Positions 12,440-25,189 of a stretch of DNA of 64,000 bases are shown piece after piece. Position 1 is the first letter of the stretch; the number at the start of each line of letters is the position of its first letter. The stretch lies in NCBI GenBank assembly GCA_964016885.1, contig OZ024753.1:44206001-44270000 (forward strand), read 5' to 3'. Origin of the DNA: Eledone cirrhosa (lineage: Eukaryota). The notes under the pieces were generated by a model that worked only from the letters and a program-made list of their open reading frames with translations, was not told the origin of the DNA and ran no database searches. The position numbers were made by a program, and so were the translations under genes.

Positions 12440-13003
12440 TGCACGCAATAACTACAGTGCATCAAAGAGTCTGACAAAGTAAGGATGCATCTGTTGTGTC
12501 TCCTGTGAAACTGTGTGCATCTTCTGCTGAAGTTGCATTTCTATATCACCATTTCAACATGCATCTACTTTGATAAACGTAATTACATATATTTTTTTTC
12601 ATAGAGAGTTCTGGCCTTTGCTATATTTACTGTGTAAGTCTGTGTGTATAGGTATATATATATGTGATATATATATGTATGAATGAATGTTCATATACAT
12701 GTGTGTGTGTGTCTATAACTTGACAGTTCTCTCAGCAGAACATAAGTCAATTTCTTTGATGAGAAAGAGATAGAGAGAGAGAGTATATATATACTGTGGA
12801 GCTGATATTTATTGTGCTTAATTGCAGCCTTGCTTGCAGACACTGTGCAGTAAAACCTACATCATGACACGCATACTGCCTTATACAAACATATACACAC
12901 AGACACACACATACAACCACATATACATTTCTATGTAAATATATATAGATATATATGTGTGTGTGTGTGTATATATATATATGTGTATGTGTATGTATAT
13001 ATT

Positions 13004-13053
<50 letters not shown>

Positions 13054-13169
13054 CATATATATATATATATATATACAAATATATATATACATATGTATGT
13101 GTGTGTATATATATATATATATATACATATTTATATATGTGTGTGTATATATATATATATACACACATA

Positions 13170-13201
<32 letters not shown>

Positions 13202-14164
13202 CATGCATAAATGCATTTCATTCTGTCACAGCTTCCTGTATTGTATTTTCTCACTGCTATTTTGCTATTTTTGTTATTGTCTTTATTATTTTCTTGTTGA
13301 TATTGTTGTTGTTGTTGATATTGTTGCTTTATTAACTTTAGATTTTTTTTAAATACCTGCCTTTTCTGTGTCTCTTGGCTCTTGGGGAGACTATTGAAAG
13401 CGGAATAAAATGTGATGTGTGGGAGGTGAAGAGAGAGGAGGGATTACTGTTGTTGGAAAATGTTGAATTCAGGAAACTCACAATTTACAAAGATAAAAAA
13501 AGCCAATATAAACATGGCAGCTATAAACGTCAATAAAAGCAAAATCCCGCAAACAAATATATTTTATAAATATATATATATATATATACACACATATATA
13601 TATATATATGTAAATATATATATACATATGTAAATATATATATAGATATGTAAATATATATATATATATGTAAATATATATATAGATATGTATATATATA
13701 TATAGATATGTATATATATATGTATATATATGTATATATAAATATATGTAAATATATATATACAGATATGTATATATATATATAGATATGTAAATATATA
13801 TATATAGATATGTATATATATATATAGATATGTATATTTATATATATGTAAATATATATATAGATATGTATATATATATGTAGATATGTATATATATATA
13901 TATATGTAAATATATATATAGATATGTATATATATAGATATGTAAATATATATATATAGATATGTATATATATATATGTAAATATATATAGATATGTAAA
14001 TATATATATAGATATGTAAATATATATATATAGAGATGTAAATATATATATATATATATCTGTAAATATATATATAGATATGTATATATAGGTATATATG
14101 TATATATATATAGGTATATATGTATATATATATATAAATACATATCTATCTATTTATCCATCCA

Positions 14165-14239
<75 letters not shown>

Positions 14240-15034
14240 GCATGTGTGTGTGAGTTTGTCTATATAGTTTATATACACATATACATATATATATACATAT
14301 ATAAAAAAAGTGAAGGTAGGTGATCCTCTCCTTGAAGTGTATTGCCAACACAGTGAAGCTTAGGGAATTACCTTGAGAGAGTGGAAAGCCACAATAAATT
14401 GGCATGAAGATATGTATTCTATGCCAATTCTTGTGACATTCTTCTTCCTGGTGATTGCCAAATTACTACTGATGGATATGATTGGAGTAATTCTTCACAA
14501 CATACTCTCAATATCTCTCTTCTGCCGGAAAAGCAGAAGTCGGCTTCTTTGGCACATGATGTCTGCAACATTTTCTTCACTAATCATGGTCTATAGAAAC
14601 TGAAAACTTTTTACTATTTATAGCATGAAAACTTCAACAAGGAAATTGACTCTGTATTTTTATAGTTTTTATAATTTTTATTTTTGTTGTTGTTGTTGTT
14701 GTTAGAAGTTGTATTTAAAAAAAAAAAATTATCTTAATTATTTATTATTCTTTTCAAGTTTTTTTTGTTTTTTTTAAGTCTTGTTTTTGTCTGTCTCCAT
14801 GCACATATCACCCTTCCTTTATCCATACCTTCCACCCCTCTCTCTGTCTCTCTCTCTCTATACATATATACATATATGCACACATATATATATACATATA
14901 TGCACATATATATATATATATATACATACACACACATATATATGCACATATACATATATATATATGCACATATATATGTATGCACACATATATATATATA
15001 TGCACATATATATATGCACATGTATATATATATG

Positions 15035-15093
<59 letters not shown>

Positions 15094-15656
15094 TTCCTTG
15101 CCTCTTTTCTCACTATTGCTTGCTATGACATCTATTAATTGGTGTTATTGAAACATGTTGCTTTATATCATTTTGTAAGTCTATTTACCTTTTTAATCAA
15201 TTATTTGTATCATTCCCATGTCATGTCGTGTCATTGCACCCCCATCACCCCTGCTCTGTTACTATTACATATTGTATGTCAGACAAATGGAGGGTAGAAG
15301 TAATTATTTATTGTTAAATGTATAATGTAAGTTTCATCCATAACAAGTAAATACCTCAGTAAATTTCAATGAAATCTCACCCTCTGGTTAAAATAACAAT
15401 CACAAAAACATTGAACTATTTCATCGTCATGAACATTGTAATCTAGTTGTCTGATAAGTTCATTAGAACATTGACTTTCTTGCCTAAGGATCACTAGTTC
15501 ATAATAACTCACTAGCTTACCACTGTAACTACCATAATGATAGTTAAAATTTAATGGCTCAAATCCATGTCGCTGTAAAATAAATACTATCTATTTTTAT
15601 TCAAATAAATTTTTTCTGAGTAAAAAAGGATGTCAATATCTTAATCCTTCTATAAT

Positions 15657-15780
15657 AATTGTTTCTACGTTGGGCACAAGGCCAGCAATTACCCAGTGCA
15701 TTACTGGTACTTTATTTTATCGACCCTGTAAGGATGAAACGCAAAGTTAACCTCGGCGGAATTTGAACTCAGAATGGCAA
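15657..15780 (-). mobile_element. SINE family B, 5'-truncated
   Basis: Body and B box present. Confidence 0.85.
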
Positions 15781-15785
15781 TTTTA

Positions 15786-15905
15786 TAATAATAATAAAAA
15801 ATTATTGTGTACAGTGCTCAGGTGCACTACAACTCATCAAAGGTGCATGTATAGTACATAGAATAATGTAAAAATGTCAGGAAAGGCAACAGTGTATGAG
15901 TCATG
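15786..15905 (-). mobile_element. CR1-type LINE 3' tail fragment
   Basis: Reverse complement of 5783-5903. The repeat is seen directly; the CR1 assignment is from recall. Confidence 0.65.
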
Positions 15906-15984
15906 ATATACACACCTGCCAAACCTGGCTGTGGTTCTATAGAAATAAAGTCACCATTTGGTGGATTTAACTGAGTTGAATCTG

Positions 15985-16835
15985 TTTCAAACGTTTGAAG
16001 CTGTCACCCAATTTAACTGTGTCTGGTCCCTGGGTACCTTTTGCAGAGTTTCAAATATTTGAAGCTGTCACCCAATTTAACTGTGTCATTTGGCCCCTGG
16101 GTACCTTTTGCAGAGTTTCAAATATTTGAAGCTGTCACCTAATTTAACACTGTCATTTGGCCCCTGGGTACCTTTTGCAGAGTTTCAAATATTTGAAGCT
16201 GTCACCTAATTTAACACTGTCATTTGGCCCCTGGGTACCTTTAACAGAGTTTCAAATATTTGAAGCTGTCACCCAATTTAACAGTCATTTGGCCCCTGGG
16301 TACCTTTAGCAGAGTTTCAAATATTTGAAGCTGTCACCCAATTTAACAGTCATTTGGCCCCTGGGTACCTTTAGCAGAGTTTCAAATATTTGAAGCTGTC
16401 ACCCAATTTAACACCGTCATTTGACCCCCTGGGTACCTTTAGCAGAGTTTCAAATATTTGAAGCTGTCACCCAATTTAACAGTCATTTGGCCCCTGGGTA
16501 CCTTTAGCAGAGTTTCAAATATTTGAAGCTGTCACCCAATTTAACAGTCATTTGGCCCCTGGGTACCTTTAGCAGAGTTTCAAATATTTGAAGCTGTCAC
16601 CCAATTTAACAGTCATTTGGCCCCTGGGTACCTTTAGCAGAGTTTCAAATATTTGAAGCTGTCACCCAATTTAACACTGTCATTTGGCCCCTGGGTACCT
16701 TTAGCAGAGTTTCAAATATTTGAAGCTGTCACCCAATTTAACACCGTCATTTGACCCCCTGGGTACCTTTAGCAGAGTTTCAAATATTTGAAGCTGTCAT
16801 TTGAACCCTGGGTACGTTTAGCAGAGTTTCAGACA
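15985..16835. repeat. 65-68 bp tandem repeat, ~13 units
   Basis: Unit GAGTTTCAAATATTTGAAGCTGTCACCCAATTTAACAGTCATTTGGCCCCTGGGTACCTTTAGCA. Confidence 0.97.
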
Positions 16836-17289
16836 TTTGGACTAATGAAAAGAAAACTAATAAGACTCGATTCTCTCAAGAAAAGCAATGTATCAATTCA
16901 GACTAATATAAACAATCTGATCATTTAGAATTGTTTTATGGTGTTGGTATTATATTAGTTTGAATACTAAATTGACAAGAAGTAAAGACTTTAAATTGTA
17001 TAACAATGCCTGAAAGACAAAGAGAAAGGTTACATCTAACATAGTAATTTATATTACAGTCATATGTTTCCTCCTAAACTGATTTATAATTAAGAAACTT
17101 TGCCAGAGTCATAATAGGGTAATCAATTTTTAATTTGTAATACACTTGGCTTCAAATAAGATGGCTGTACAGTAGTAGTATTAGCCATTATGTAATTGTG
17201 AAGGAATCATTTCTATTAAATCCTGGAAAATGACAGAAATAGAGAGAAGAGAAAGAAGCTGAGAGTGGAAGAGGGACTATAATGGCTAT

Positions 17290-17825
17290 AGTGAGAGAGA
17301 GTGAGGTGGGGGTGAGGAGAGAGAGGGGAGTATCGGTAGAAAAGAGAGGAGGGAGGAGAAAGAAGAGTATATGTGGAAAAGAGAGAGGGGGAGGGGAGAG
17401 GAGTATCTATGGTAAATACAGAGGGAGGAGGGGAAAGAGGAGTATCTGTGGAAAAGAGAGAGGGGGAGGGGAGGAGTACCTATGGTAAATACAGAGGGAG
17501 GAGGGGAAAGAGGAAAAGAGAGAGGGGGAGAGGAGAGAGGGGAGTATCTGTGGAAGAGAGACAGGAGTATATGCGTAAAAGAGAGAGGGGGGAGGGGAGA
17601 GAGATGAGTATCTGATAAAGAGAGAGGAGTACCAATGGAAAATACAGAGAGAGGATGAGGAGAGAGGAGTATCTGTGGAAGAGATGGGGAGAGAGAGAGG
17701 AGTATCTGTGGAAGAAAGGGGGAGAGAGAGAGGAATATCTGTGGAAGAGAGGGGGAGAGAAAGAGGAGTATCTGTGGAAGAGAGGGGAGATAGAGAGGAG
17801 TATCTGTGGAAGAGAGAGGAGGGGA
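17290..17825. repeat. Purine-rich degenerate minisatellite
   Basis: Recurrent GAGGAGTATCTGTGGAA in a GA background. Confidence 0.85.
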
Positions 17826-17870
17826 CTCAGTTATATAAAGAGAATGTTTAAGGTATGAAACGAAGAAGAC

Positions 17871-17990
17871 CTGATGATGACCCTGTAATAAAGAAACTCC
17901 AGAGTAACAAGACTCACTATTTAGCTTTAATAAACGAATATTTAATCTCTATTATGGCATTGAATCCTCCTTTCTCTTGTCCGTCAATTA
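17871..17990 (+). mobile_element. Degenerate hammerhead-like element ending in (TA)n
   Basis: CTGATGA..GAAACTCCAGAGTA (helix III ACTC/GAGT, GUA triplet), downstream AATAAA, then (TA)n; helices I and II do not pair well. Confidence 0.45.
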
Positions 17991-18076
17991 TATACAAATA
18001 TATATATATATACATATATATGTGTGTGTGTATATATATACATACAAATATCTATCTATCAGAGAGAGAAAGGAGA

Positions 18077-18135
<59 letters not shown>

Positions 18136-18153
18136 CATATATATGTGTGTGTA

Positions 18154-18187
<34 letters not shown>

Positions 18188-18259
18188 CATATATATGTGT
18201 GTGTATATATATATATACATACAAATATATATATATATCAGAGAGAGAGAGAAAGGAGA

Positions 18260-18301
<42 letters not shown>

Positions 18302-18306
18302 GTACG

Positions 18307-18406
18307 TTATTCCGGGTTGAGTCAGAGGTAACCACAGTAAGTGAGGTACTCAATACATTGCAGAGTATAAAAGTTTTAATATAGATGAGATTCTACAGGA
18401 CTAGAA

Positions 18407-18410
<4 letters not shown>
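18307..18410 (-). mobile_element. Family B copy between (TA)n tracts
   Basis: Homologous to 270-368; (TA)n on both sides. Confidence 0.65.
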
Positions 18411-18436
<26 letters not shown>

Positions 18437-18441
<5 letters not shown>

Positions 18442-18700
18442 GATATTAATAAATGGAAACTATATTTATAAAACCATATTTATTTCATTATACATATTTC
18501 AGGGATACCAAATTAAATTATGGTATGCCTTCATCAGACAAAATACAATATATAACAGTTTTACAAATAGGTTTGACGTACCCTTTAAAATACAACCATT
18601 ACTTTTGGAGGCTGTCTAATTTAATGTGGTATCCCTGAAATATGTATAATGAAATAAATATGGTTTTATAAATATAGTTTCCATTTATTAATATCGTATA
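18437..18700. mobile_element. Hammerhead family 2 element with partial inverted duplication
   Basis: 18437-18520 and 18617-18700 are reverse complements; the right arm starts inside the helix II loop; the left end abuts (TA)n. Confidence 0.7.
18481..18545 (-). ncRNA. Type I minimal hammerhead ribozyme (intact core), family 2
   Basis: Minus strand: TATTTTGT-CTGATGA-AGGCATACCA taatttaatt TGGTATCCCT-GAAA-TATGTA-TA-ATGAAATA. Helix II 9/10 pairs, helix I 8 bp with two G.U pairs, near-palindromic helix III. Confidence 0.85.
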
Positions 18701-18811
18701 TCTACTCCAAATATTTGTCGAGTGCTTTATATCAGTTATAATAATATTTACTTGTTGTATCCCAACAATTTTAAATAGAACTTTTGCATATATATATATA
18801 TATATATATGA

Positions 18812-18842
<31 letters not shown>

Positions 18843-18858
18843 TGAGAGAAAGGAGAGC

Positions 18859-18890
<32 letters not shown>

Positions 18891-19482
18891 CAGAGAAAGG
18901 AGAAAAGCGGAAGAGAGTTCCGAGAGAAACAAATAAGAAGATAAATCGAATGATACAACAAATGTAATATGAAAAGTCATTTGAGTAAGAGTAATATGGA
19001 AACTGCAGGATTAGCGGAAGAACGGAATAATGTGTATGATTGATGAGGTTGAGCTTATTGAAGAGAGAGAAGAAAGAAAACAGAAAATTTGTTAACTGAC
19101 AATTAACACAGATGATTGCAAAATCAGACAGAAACTTTCTTGAATGTTCCATGGAAAAACTCCAATTAGTAATTTACCAATTATGGTCATGATTTTTTTT
19201 GTTTTTTGTTTTGTATATTTTATTTTGTATATTTTTATTATTTTTTATTATTTTTTATTATTTTATATGTTTGATATTTTACTGTTCTCAGTTATTATAA
19301 GATTGTGGCTATCATATAGCATTGCCTTAGAGAGATGTGAGTTGATTATTATATCAAACCCTGTATTTATTTTAATTGTTGCATGACAGGTACTTTACCA
19401 TTTTCTTGTTTTTTTGGGGGTTTTGTTTTTTTGGTTTTGGTTTTGTTTTTGCAAAACTGCTAAGTTAAATGACATAATGCAA

Positions 19483-19550
<68 letters not shown>

Positions 19551-19553
<3 letters not shown>

Positions 19554-19617
19554 TTATTCCGCAGAGTATAAAAGTTTTATGATAGAAGAGCTTATACAGG
19601 ACTAGTCCTGTAGAACT
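19551..19617 (-). mobile_element. Family B fragment with terminal fold-back (ACAGGACTAGTCCTGT)
   Basis: GCAGAGTATAAAAGTTTTA..ACAGGACTAG then an inverted copy; (TA)n on both sides. Confidence 0.6.
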
Positions 19618-19746
19618 ATATATATATATGTGTGTGTGTATGTATATATGTATATATGTGTGTGTATGTATACATGTATATATATATATGTGTGTGTATG
19701 TATACATGTATATATATATATATGTGTGTGTGTATGTATATATATG

Positions 19747-19777
<31 letters not shown>

Positions 19778-19808
19778 ATATATATAAGTATGTATATATA
19801 TATGTATG

Positions 19809-20020
19809 TCATCATCATCATCATCATCATCATCATCACCGTTTTACGTCCGTTCTTCCATGCTAGCATGGGTTAGACGGGTTGTCCTGTTGTGGGCAGT
19901 GTCCAGTCAGCTAACCTTGTCTTGCTCATACAGGAACTGATGCTGGCTTGATTTCTACAGCTGGATGCCCTTCCTAACACCAACCTCATTTACAGTGAGT
20001 GCTGGGTGCTCTTTTTCCAT
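19809..20020 (-). mobile_element. SINE/RTE-type 3' fragment
   Basis: (CAT)n, GTCCGTTCTTCCATGCTAGCATGGG, GGATGCCCTTCCTAACACCAACC. Confidence 0.8.
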
Positions 20021-20029
20021 GGTATAAGT

Positions 20030-20060
<31 letters not shown>

Positions 20061-20110
20061 TATTTATATATATGTATGTATATATATATGTATATATATA
20101 TAATATGTAG

Positions 20111-20243
20111 GATCCTGAGGTATTTGGGAGGCGACCACTGTTAAAAAAAGTGCTCAATACATTAGTAGAGTATAGGTATATTCAATCTAATATAGAAATA
20201 AATTCTACAGGACTAGAAATGTTTCATTCATAAGAAATCATCA
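20111..20243 (-). mobile_element. Family B copy
   Basis: CTCAATACATTAGTAGAGTATA..TTCTACAGGACTAGAAATGTTTCATTCATAAGAAATCATCA; follows a TA tract. Confidence 0.65.
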
Positions 20244-20369
20244 AAAAGGACTTTCCTGGTGATCTTATGAATCTTCTGTGAGATTTGAATTCAGATTATA
20301 AAGGGATGTAACTATATGCCACAAAGCATGTTGTCCAACATTTTACCGATACAAGCAAGCCACCACAAT

Positions 20370-20580
20370 CAATAATTGTATCTACTTTAGGCACAAGGGA
20401 AGGGGAAAGTCAATGAAATCGACCCCAGTTCATTACTGGTACTTTATTTTTATCAACTCCTGTGACGACAATAGGCAATGCTAACCTCAGTGGGATTTGA
20501 ACCCAGAACATAAACGAACATAATAATATGTCACAAAATATGCTGTCTGATGCTCTACCTATTACTGCCAATCTACCACA
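20370..20580 (-). mobile_element. SINE family B, older copy
   Basis: GGCACAAGG..CTGGTACTTTATTTT..GGATTTGAACCC..TACTGCCAAT. Confidence 0.75.
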
Positions 20581-20584
20581 ATTC

Positions 20585-20721
20585 ATCTTCTTCTTCGCCC
20601 ACTTATTTCTGAGAGTGTCATGGGATCAGAGACCTCAGACACCCCTTCTAACAGGTCCTGTCAGAAGCCACCGTCCCCCAACAGATCCAGCTGGATCTCC
20701 AAGATTTAACCTAAAGGTATT
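20585..20721 (-). repeat. Dispersed repeat D, probable retroposon 3' end with (GAA)n tail
   Basis: Homologous to 45342-45471. Confidence 0.7.
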
Positions 20722-21165
20722 GTAGTAAGACGCCTCACGCCTCTTGATAGAACAACGCTGGTTGAGAACGCGAGAAAAAAAAACAGACAGCCACTGGAAA
20801 GCCGACTGATCACACACGCCAGAAACCAGCCTCTGTACCACACCATTGTTTGTGCTACATCAAAAATAAAAAATAAACATATATTTCATCTCTAATTTCT
20901 GCTGTTGAAATCATTATTATGTCACTCGTGCCTCAATAACATCTATAACTAATACTGCTAAAGTATAATTTGAATGCAGCATTATAAAATAGAGGTGAAA
21001 ACCTTCTCCACTTTCATACTACCAAGTAACGTTTAATTCCAGCTTTTCTGTATTGTGCGACCCACCAGCCGAGCTCATGGATGTTGTCTAACCATACTAC
21101 CAAGTAACGTTTAATTCCAGCTTTTCTGTATTGTGCGAGACCAGCCGAGCTCATTGATGTTATCC

Positions 21166-21690
21166 AACCATCTTGCTCAGACTCTACCCCTGGGTCTCTC
21201 GCCAGTTGGTTTTGCCCATAAAATCTGTCCAGCGATTCGGTCCTCAGACATTCTAACCACAAATAATAATTGTTTCTACTATTGGCACAAGGCCAGCAAT
21301 TATCCCAGTGTATTACTGGTACTTTATTTTATCGACCCCCCCGTAAGGATGGAAGGCAGAGTTAACCTCGGCGGGATTTGAACTCAAACCATAAAGGGCC
21401 GTAACTCTTTGCTGCAAAGCATGGCGTAACCATCTTGCTCAGGGTCTAGCCCTGGGCCTTGTGACAGTTGGTTTTGTCCATAAAATCTGCCCAGCGATTC
21501 TTTCCTCAGACATTCTAACCACAATTAATAATTGTTTCTATTTTAGGCACAAGGCCAGCAATTACCCAGTGCATCACTGGTACTTTATTTTATCGACCTT
21601 GTAAGGATGAAAGGCAAAGTCAACCTCGGCGGGATTTGAACTCCGATCGTAAAGGGACGTAACTATGCTGGAAAGCATGGCGTCTGACAT
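21166..21690 (-). repeat. Tandem ~262-bp duplication, each unit containing a SINE family B copy
   Basis: AACCATCTTGCTCAG..CAGACATTCTAACCAC..SINE..GCATGGCGT occurs twice, starting at ~21166 and ~21428. Confidence 0.85.
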
Positions 21691-22318
21691 AATAATGAAA
21701 ATCTAAAAGATATCTTTGTATTCAACGAGATTTTAGTTTAAACTAATCTCACTTTAAAAGAAAAAAAATAATTCCAAAAGACATTTATCTATTTTTTTAT
21801 CGCCTCCTTTCATACTAGAAGAGTCCCAAAGTTGACTACCTTATTTAAAATTTAATGTGAACTAGTTAACACTCATTTATATAACTAATCAACCTTAATG
21901 CTAGACTTTCAACATTTATTACTGTGCGGCGCTCTCATGATAATCCGATTCTGGTATTTATTGACAGTGTTAAATTAAAAAAAAACTGAATAAATATGAA
22001 TTTAATTCTTCATCTCTTATGGTTACTTTTCAGTTATTAAACATACAAAACAAACAGAGCTATTTCGAAGTTTTCAATTTGAATAATAAACTTTACAATG
22101 TGTACCCCTGGGTAAAAACGAGGTCAGTTATTCAAATTTTAATTTTGCACATTAGGTGTGTAGTAGATTCATTGCGATTTGGATTAATTTCTCAAATTGA
22201 ATAAATGTATCACAATTATTACAATTTTTATCTGTTTTTTCATCATTTACTGTTTATAAAATGTAAACAAAGGTAATAAATAACCTTTGTCAGTGGAAAA
22301 TATCTTTCTCTCTATCTT

Positions 22319-22349
<31 letters not shown>

Positions 22350-23545
22350 CCATCTTTCTCTATCTTTCTCTCTCACTATCTCTACCTTTTTCTATCTTTC
22401 TCTATGTCTCTCTATCTATCTTTCTCTCTATCTCTCTCCCTCTCCCCCTCTCTCTCTATCTCTCTCTTCCCCTCTCTGTGTCTCTTTGTCCATTTTTTTT
22501 ATATTAACTCTTTCATTGAAATATTTCTAATGAAAAACACTGCCAATAGTTTTCAATTAAATTTTGAAAATAATTAAGAATTAGAGGGATTTAGAAATAT
22601 AACTAACTTTCTCATTATTAAACTAGTCTTTGGAACATAACCCTTTTATTACCATATTTCTAATGAAACACACTGTCATCTATGATTTTCAAATATTTTC
22701 AAAAATAATCAAAAATTTAGAGGGACTTAATAATATGATTTTGAGTTAAAATTCCTTTGAGGTCAATTTTATTTTTCATCTATTCAGGGTCAGTAAAATA
22801 AAGAACCATTGGAATAATATAATCCATATAAATGACTTTCTCACTCCCCTGAAATTGTTGGCCTTGTGCCTAAATTAGAAATTATTATCATTCTTGAGCT
22901 GGGGTTTGGAACGTACCTTAACATAGGTTCTTTAAAATACAACAACTAAACTATCTTTAATGTGCATATGTGTTTGTGTGTGTGTGTGTGTGTGGGCATG
23001 TTTATGTGTTTGTGTGTGTATGTTTGTGCGCGCACATGTTTGTGTGTGTTTTGCGTGTGTATTATTTTATCAGGTTTGAAAAGTTAACGATAGAAATTGT
23101 TCCCTAATATGTCATCCATCTCGTGATCCCAGCCAACAGGATGGAGAAGTCACAGCCTGGAGGACAAATATAGAATTACCTCACAATAGGATAGCTCGTC
23201 TAACCCATGCTAGTGTAGAAAATGGACATTAAATGGTGATGATGATGATGATGATGTCAGGTGTTTTAGATAAGTATAAACAGTGTAAAATAAAGTGTTT
23301 TGTATCATAACAAGGAAAAGTTTCAGGTGGTTTGCTATTGAAATGTGTGATCAAGCTATGCAGTGAAGTTGAGATTTCCATAAATGAATCTATAAATTTA
23401 ATAATCCGGTTGATGAGGTAAAATATATATGATAAACATCTATCAATTTAATTATTCACTAAATTTATTTCCTCTGTTCATAACATTAAAGTCTTTAATA
23501 ATTTGTGTCACTTAGATTCTACAGAAACTTCATCAAACTGTAATA

Positions 23546-23807
23546 TTAACCCTTTCATTAGCATATTTCTAACAAAAGACACTTCCCATGATTTTCAAAT
23601 AATCTTTTGAAATAATGAAGTATTTGGAGAGATTTAATAACAATAACTAACTTCCTCATTATTAAGTTGGTGTCTGGAACATAATTTAACAAATGTTCTT
23701 ACATAGAATTATAATGGATGCTTTTTAGAGAAACATAGACTTTTAAAACAATTAGTTTTATATTATAAACAAGTCGTGGTTTCAGGCAGTTTCGTATTGA
23801 AGGGTAA
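23546..23807 (+). mobile_element. MITE family 2 copy
   Basis: TTAACCCTTTCATTAGCATATTTCTAA ... GTATTGAAGGGTAA. Confidence 0.7.
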
Positions 23808-24032
23808 TAATGTGGTGGAGTATGGTTTTTAGGGAGACACATTATGTTAAAATAATATTGATTTGTATGTATCTTATTACTATGTCTGTGCTTTGTTCAA
23901 ATCCAAGATATACCTTTTGCTCAACGATGAGGTATTCATAACATTGAATAGGGTGATGTTTAGGGGCCACATGAATGATTCAACAATTTATTTTTTATTT
24001 TTGTTGTAATTGGGTGAGAAATAGAAGTGCCA

Positions 24033-24154
24033 GAGGGTTCTGGTCCTGGTCGACAGGATGGAGAATACATTGTCTTGGAGGATGGCAAGGAGACACACTA
24101 GAACAGCCACTCCACCTCCTGGGGCTCATACCTGCAGGCAGCCAACTCTGCTCT
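24033..24154 (+). repeat. Dispersed repeat E
   Basis: Homologous to 62085-62220 (GATGGCAAGG..GAACA.CCACTCC..GGGGCT.AT..TGCAGG.AGCCAACTCTG). Confidence 0.65.
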
Positions 24155-25029
24155 GATAGCAGTGAGTATATTAAATTACATGTGTGGTTCTCGTATAAAA
24201 TTATGCTGAATTATTTTAATTTTAATTCAAATCAAAACCCTTTAAATTTGGTCATTTTGTTTCATAAAACCAGCACCAGTTTTGACCGGGCTGGTACCAA
24301 AAAGGTTAACAAGTTTGTCAAACTGCAGTCTTTGAATCTAACTCATTATTTCCAAGAAAATCACATTGATTCTTCATCTTTCTCATAATCTGTAATTATC
24401 TTAAATTTGATGGGTGATTTGACAGAAATAGCTTTAGTCCATATTTTGTCAGTGACATCTATTTGTGCTGATCTTCTAGCTGGATAAACAAATAGGTATT
24501 TGATTGACAAATATATGTTAGAAAAATTATAGTTTAAAATTATCATTATTATTTGTTTTAATATGAATTTGTGAGTATGTTAGTGCAGCATAGAATTTAT
24601 TAAGACAAAAAGGTTAAAAGCTAAAAGTGTAGGAACAGTTGTAAAGAAAGAGTAAAATATTGAAAATAGTCAGACAATTAAAAGATTATGATCTAAGCTA
24701 AAACTGTCAGAATATTCCTGAAATAGGAGAAAATAAATGATTAAAAAGGAAAAAAATAATATTTAAAAAAAATCACATTGAACATGCAAAGAATATTCTA
24801 GAAAGAATGTATTGATGTATAATTAAAGTGTAGGCAGAAGTGGACTGTAACTTGAAACCAGTCCTGGCCTCCAGGTGATACTAACCAACAGGCTTCCGAT
24901 TACTGGGGGCCAGCTAAGACAACACCCATTAGCTGATTGCCGAGGAACAAATGTTTGTCAACACTGTTATTGTTGTTACAGCTCACACTTATGCAAGGTG
25001 TTTTGTTGGAGGTGTTTTGGGGGATTTAA

Positions 25030-25189
25030 TGATAGGGACCCCAGTCCTATCATCTCATTTCTACAACTGAGTAAACTGGAGCAACGTGAAATAAAGTGTC
25101 TTGCTCAAGGAAACAACACATCACCTGGTCTGAGAATTGAACTCACAACCTTTCAATTGAAAGTCCAATTCTCTAACCACTAAGCCATG
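25030..25189 (-). mobile_element. SINE family A, 5' part
   Basis: Matches 3119-3280. Confidence 0.85.

Noticed and set aside
14372-14603. Possible coding exon (balanced GC, AG/GT sites on the minus strand)
   Set aside because: All three minus frames contain stops between the candidate splice sites, and the plus ORF is unrecognisable.
15985-16835. CRISPR-like array with a palindromic repeat
   Set aside because: Whole units are near-identical with no unique spacers; eukaryotic context and no cas genes.
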